Source: Girardia tigrina
Lineage: Eukaryota
Reading direction: 5' to 3'
Length of the DNA stretch: 54,475 nt
NCBI GenBank assembly: GCA_001938485.1
Contig: MQRK01200681.1
Location: 1 to 54,475, forward strand
Within the stretch, counting starts at the first letter, position 1. Each line of letters starts with the position of its first letter. The notes beneath the pieces are model-generated. The model ran no database searches and was not told the DNA's origin. It saw only the letters and a list, made by a program, of their open reading frames with translations. Of this stretch, positions 53,775-54,475 are shown one piece after another. Position numbers and translations under genes: made by a program.

Positions 53775-53980
53775 TGCTGGGAATGACTTGGCGAAAGTTG
53801 ATATTCGGAATATGTTTCTTTCATTCCATAATTCTTGACAGAAAAAAATTCGGTCCACTTGGTTGGAATATTCGTTATGAGTTTAGTGATTCTGACAGAG
53901 AATGTGCAATTCTTAATCTGGAAATGTTTTGTGCCGACGGAGTCATTCAATGGGATGCATTGATCTACATCACAGCGGAA
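53775..53980 (+). CDS. DNAH6: DNAH6-like exon 21 (gene continues beyond window)
   Basis: [19 protein letters not shown]. Confidence 0.92.
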
Positions 53981-54320
53981 GTATGGTTTATTTCGATTGT
54001 TCATAAATGTATTGATAATAAGATATTGTATATCTATATGGATAAGTAGTTCTTCTGTTGTTAAAGTATGCTATCAATGTTTAATTTTTATCTTTTTACA
54101 TATACTTCAATGAAAAACATCAGATGACTTCCAATCGGTTCAGCAGAAGCTGCGCAATTTTCTTTAACTCATTCAATCGCTGAAACTACTCTTTTTATGG
54201 GCAATCAAACTTTCTTGGATCAGTTTCTTTCTTATCTAAATTTCTTCCAAACTGATTTTCGTTTATCTCCCACATCCTTAAGGGCTTAAAATTTCAGATT
54301 GAAGAAAACTCTTGAATGTA

Positions 54321-54475
54321 TTAGGTGTATAACTAGTTTTTTGGATTTTTTTGCAGAGATAAGTTTATTTATATGACATAATAAGTTTTATTCTAATCAA
54401 AATATTTTCCATCGTTAATTATGACTTTCGACCATCTTTCAGGCAAATTATGAATTCCATCGAAAAAAAAGTTTT
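54321..54475 (-). mobile_element. Mariner 3' end
   Basis: FFFDGIHNLPERWSKVIINDGKYFD* plus TA-TTAGGTGT terminus. Confidence 0.8.

Overview
AT-rich eukaryotic (animal) genomic DNA, most likely a flatworm/planarian. That assignment is an inference from the H3 variant SSAVSALQ, the 42-58 bp micro-introns and the TE content. The window lies entirely inside one + strand axonemal inner-arm dynein heavy chain gene (DNAH6-like). It holds 21 exons running from the end of AAA1 through AAA2-4, the stalk/MTBD and AAA5 into AAA6; both gene ends lie outside the window. The long introns are filled with nested mobile DNA: hAT, Tc1/mariner, piggyBac-like and Helitron-like elements, solo LTRs, Penelope-like remnants with minimal hammerhead ribozymes, and a 3.8-kb Ty3/Gypsy-type LTR retrotransposon. 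Three gene-like ORFs are nested antisense: a SEC22-like SNARE without a membrane anchor, a C2H2 zinc-finger ORF and an intact histone H3 flanked by LTR-like direct repeats. The most striking signal is the primer-binding site of the LTR retrotransposon. It is the exact complement of nt 1-12 (the 5' end) of tRNA-Lys(UUU) rather than of a tRNA 3'-CCA end, suggesting priming by a short 5' tRNA fragment. All coordinates were derived by hand; boundaries of degraded TEs are approximate.
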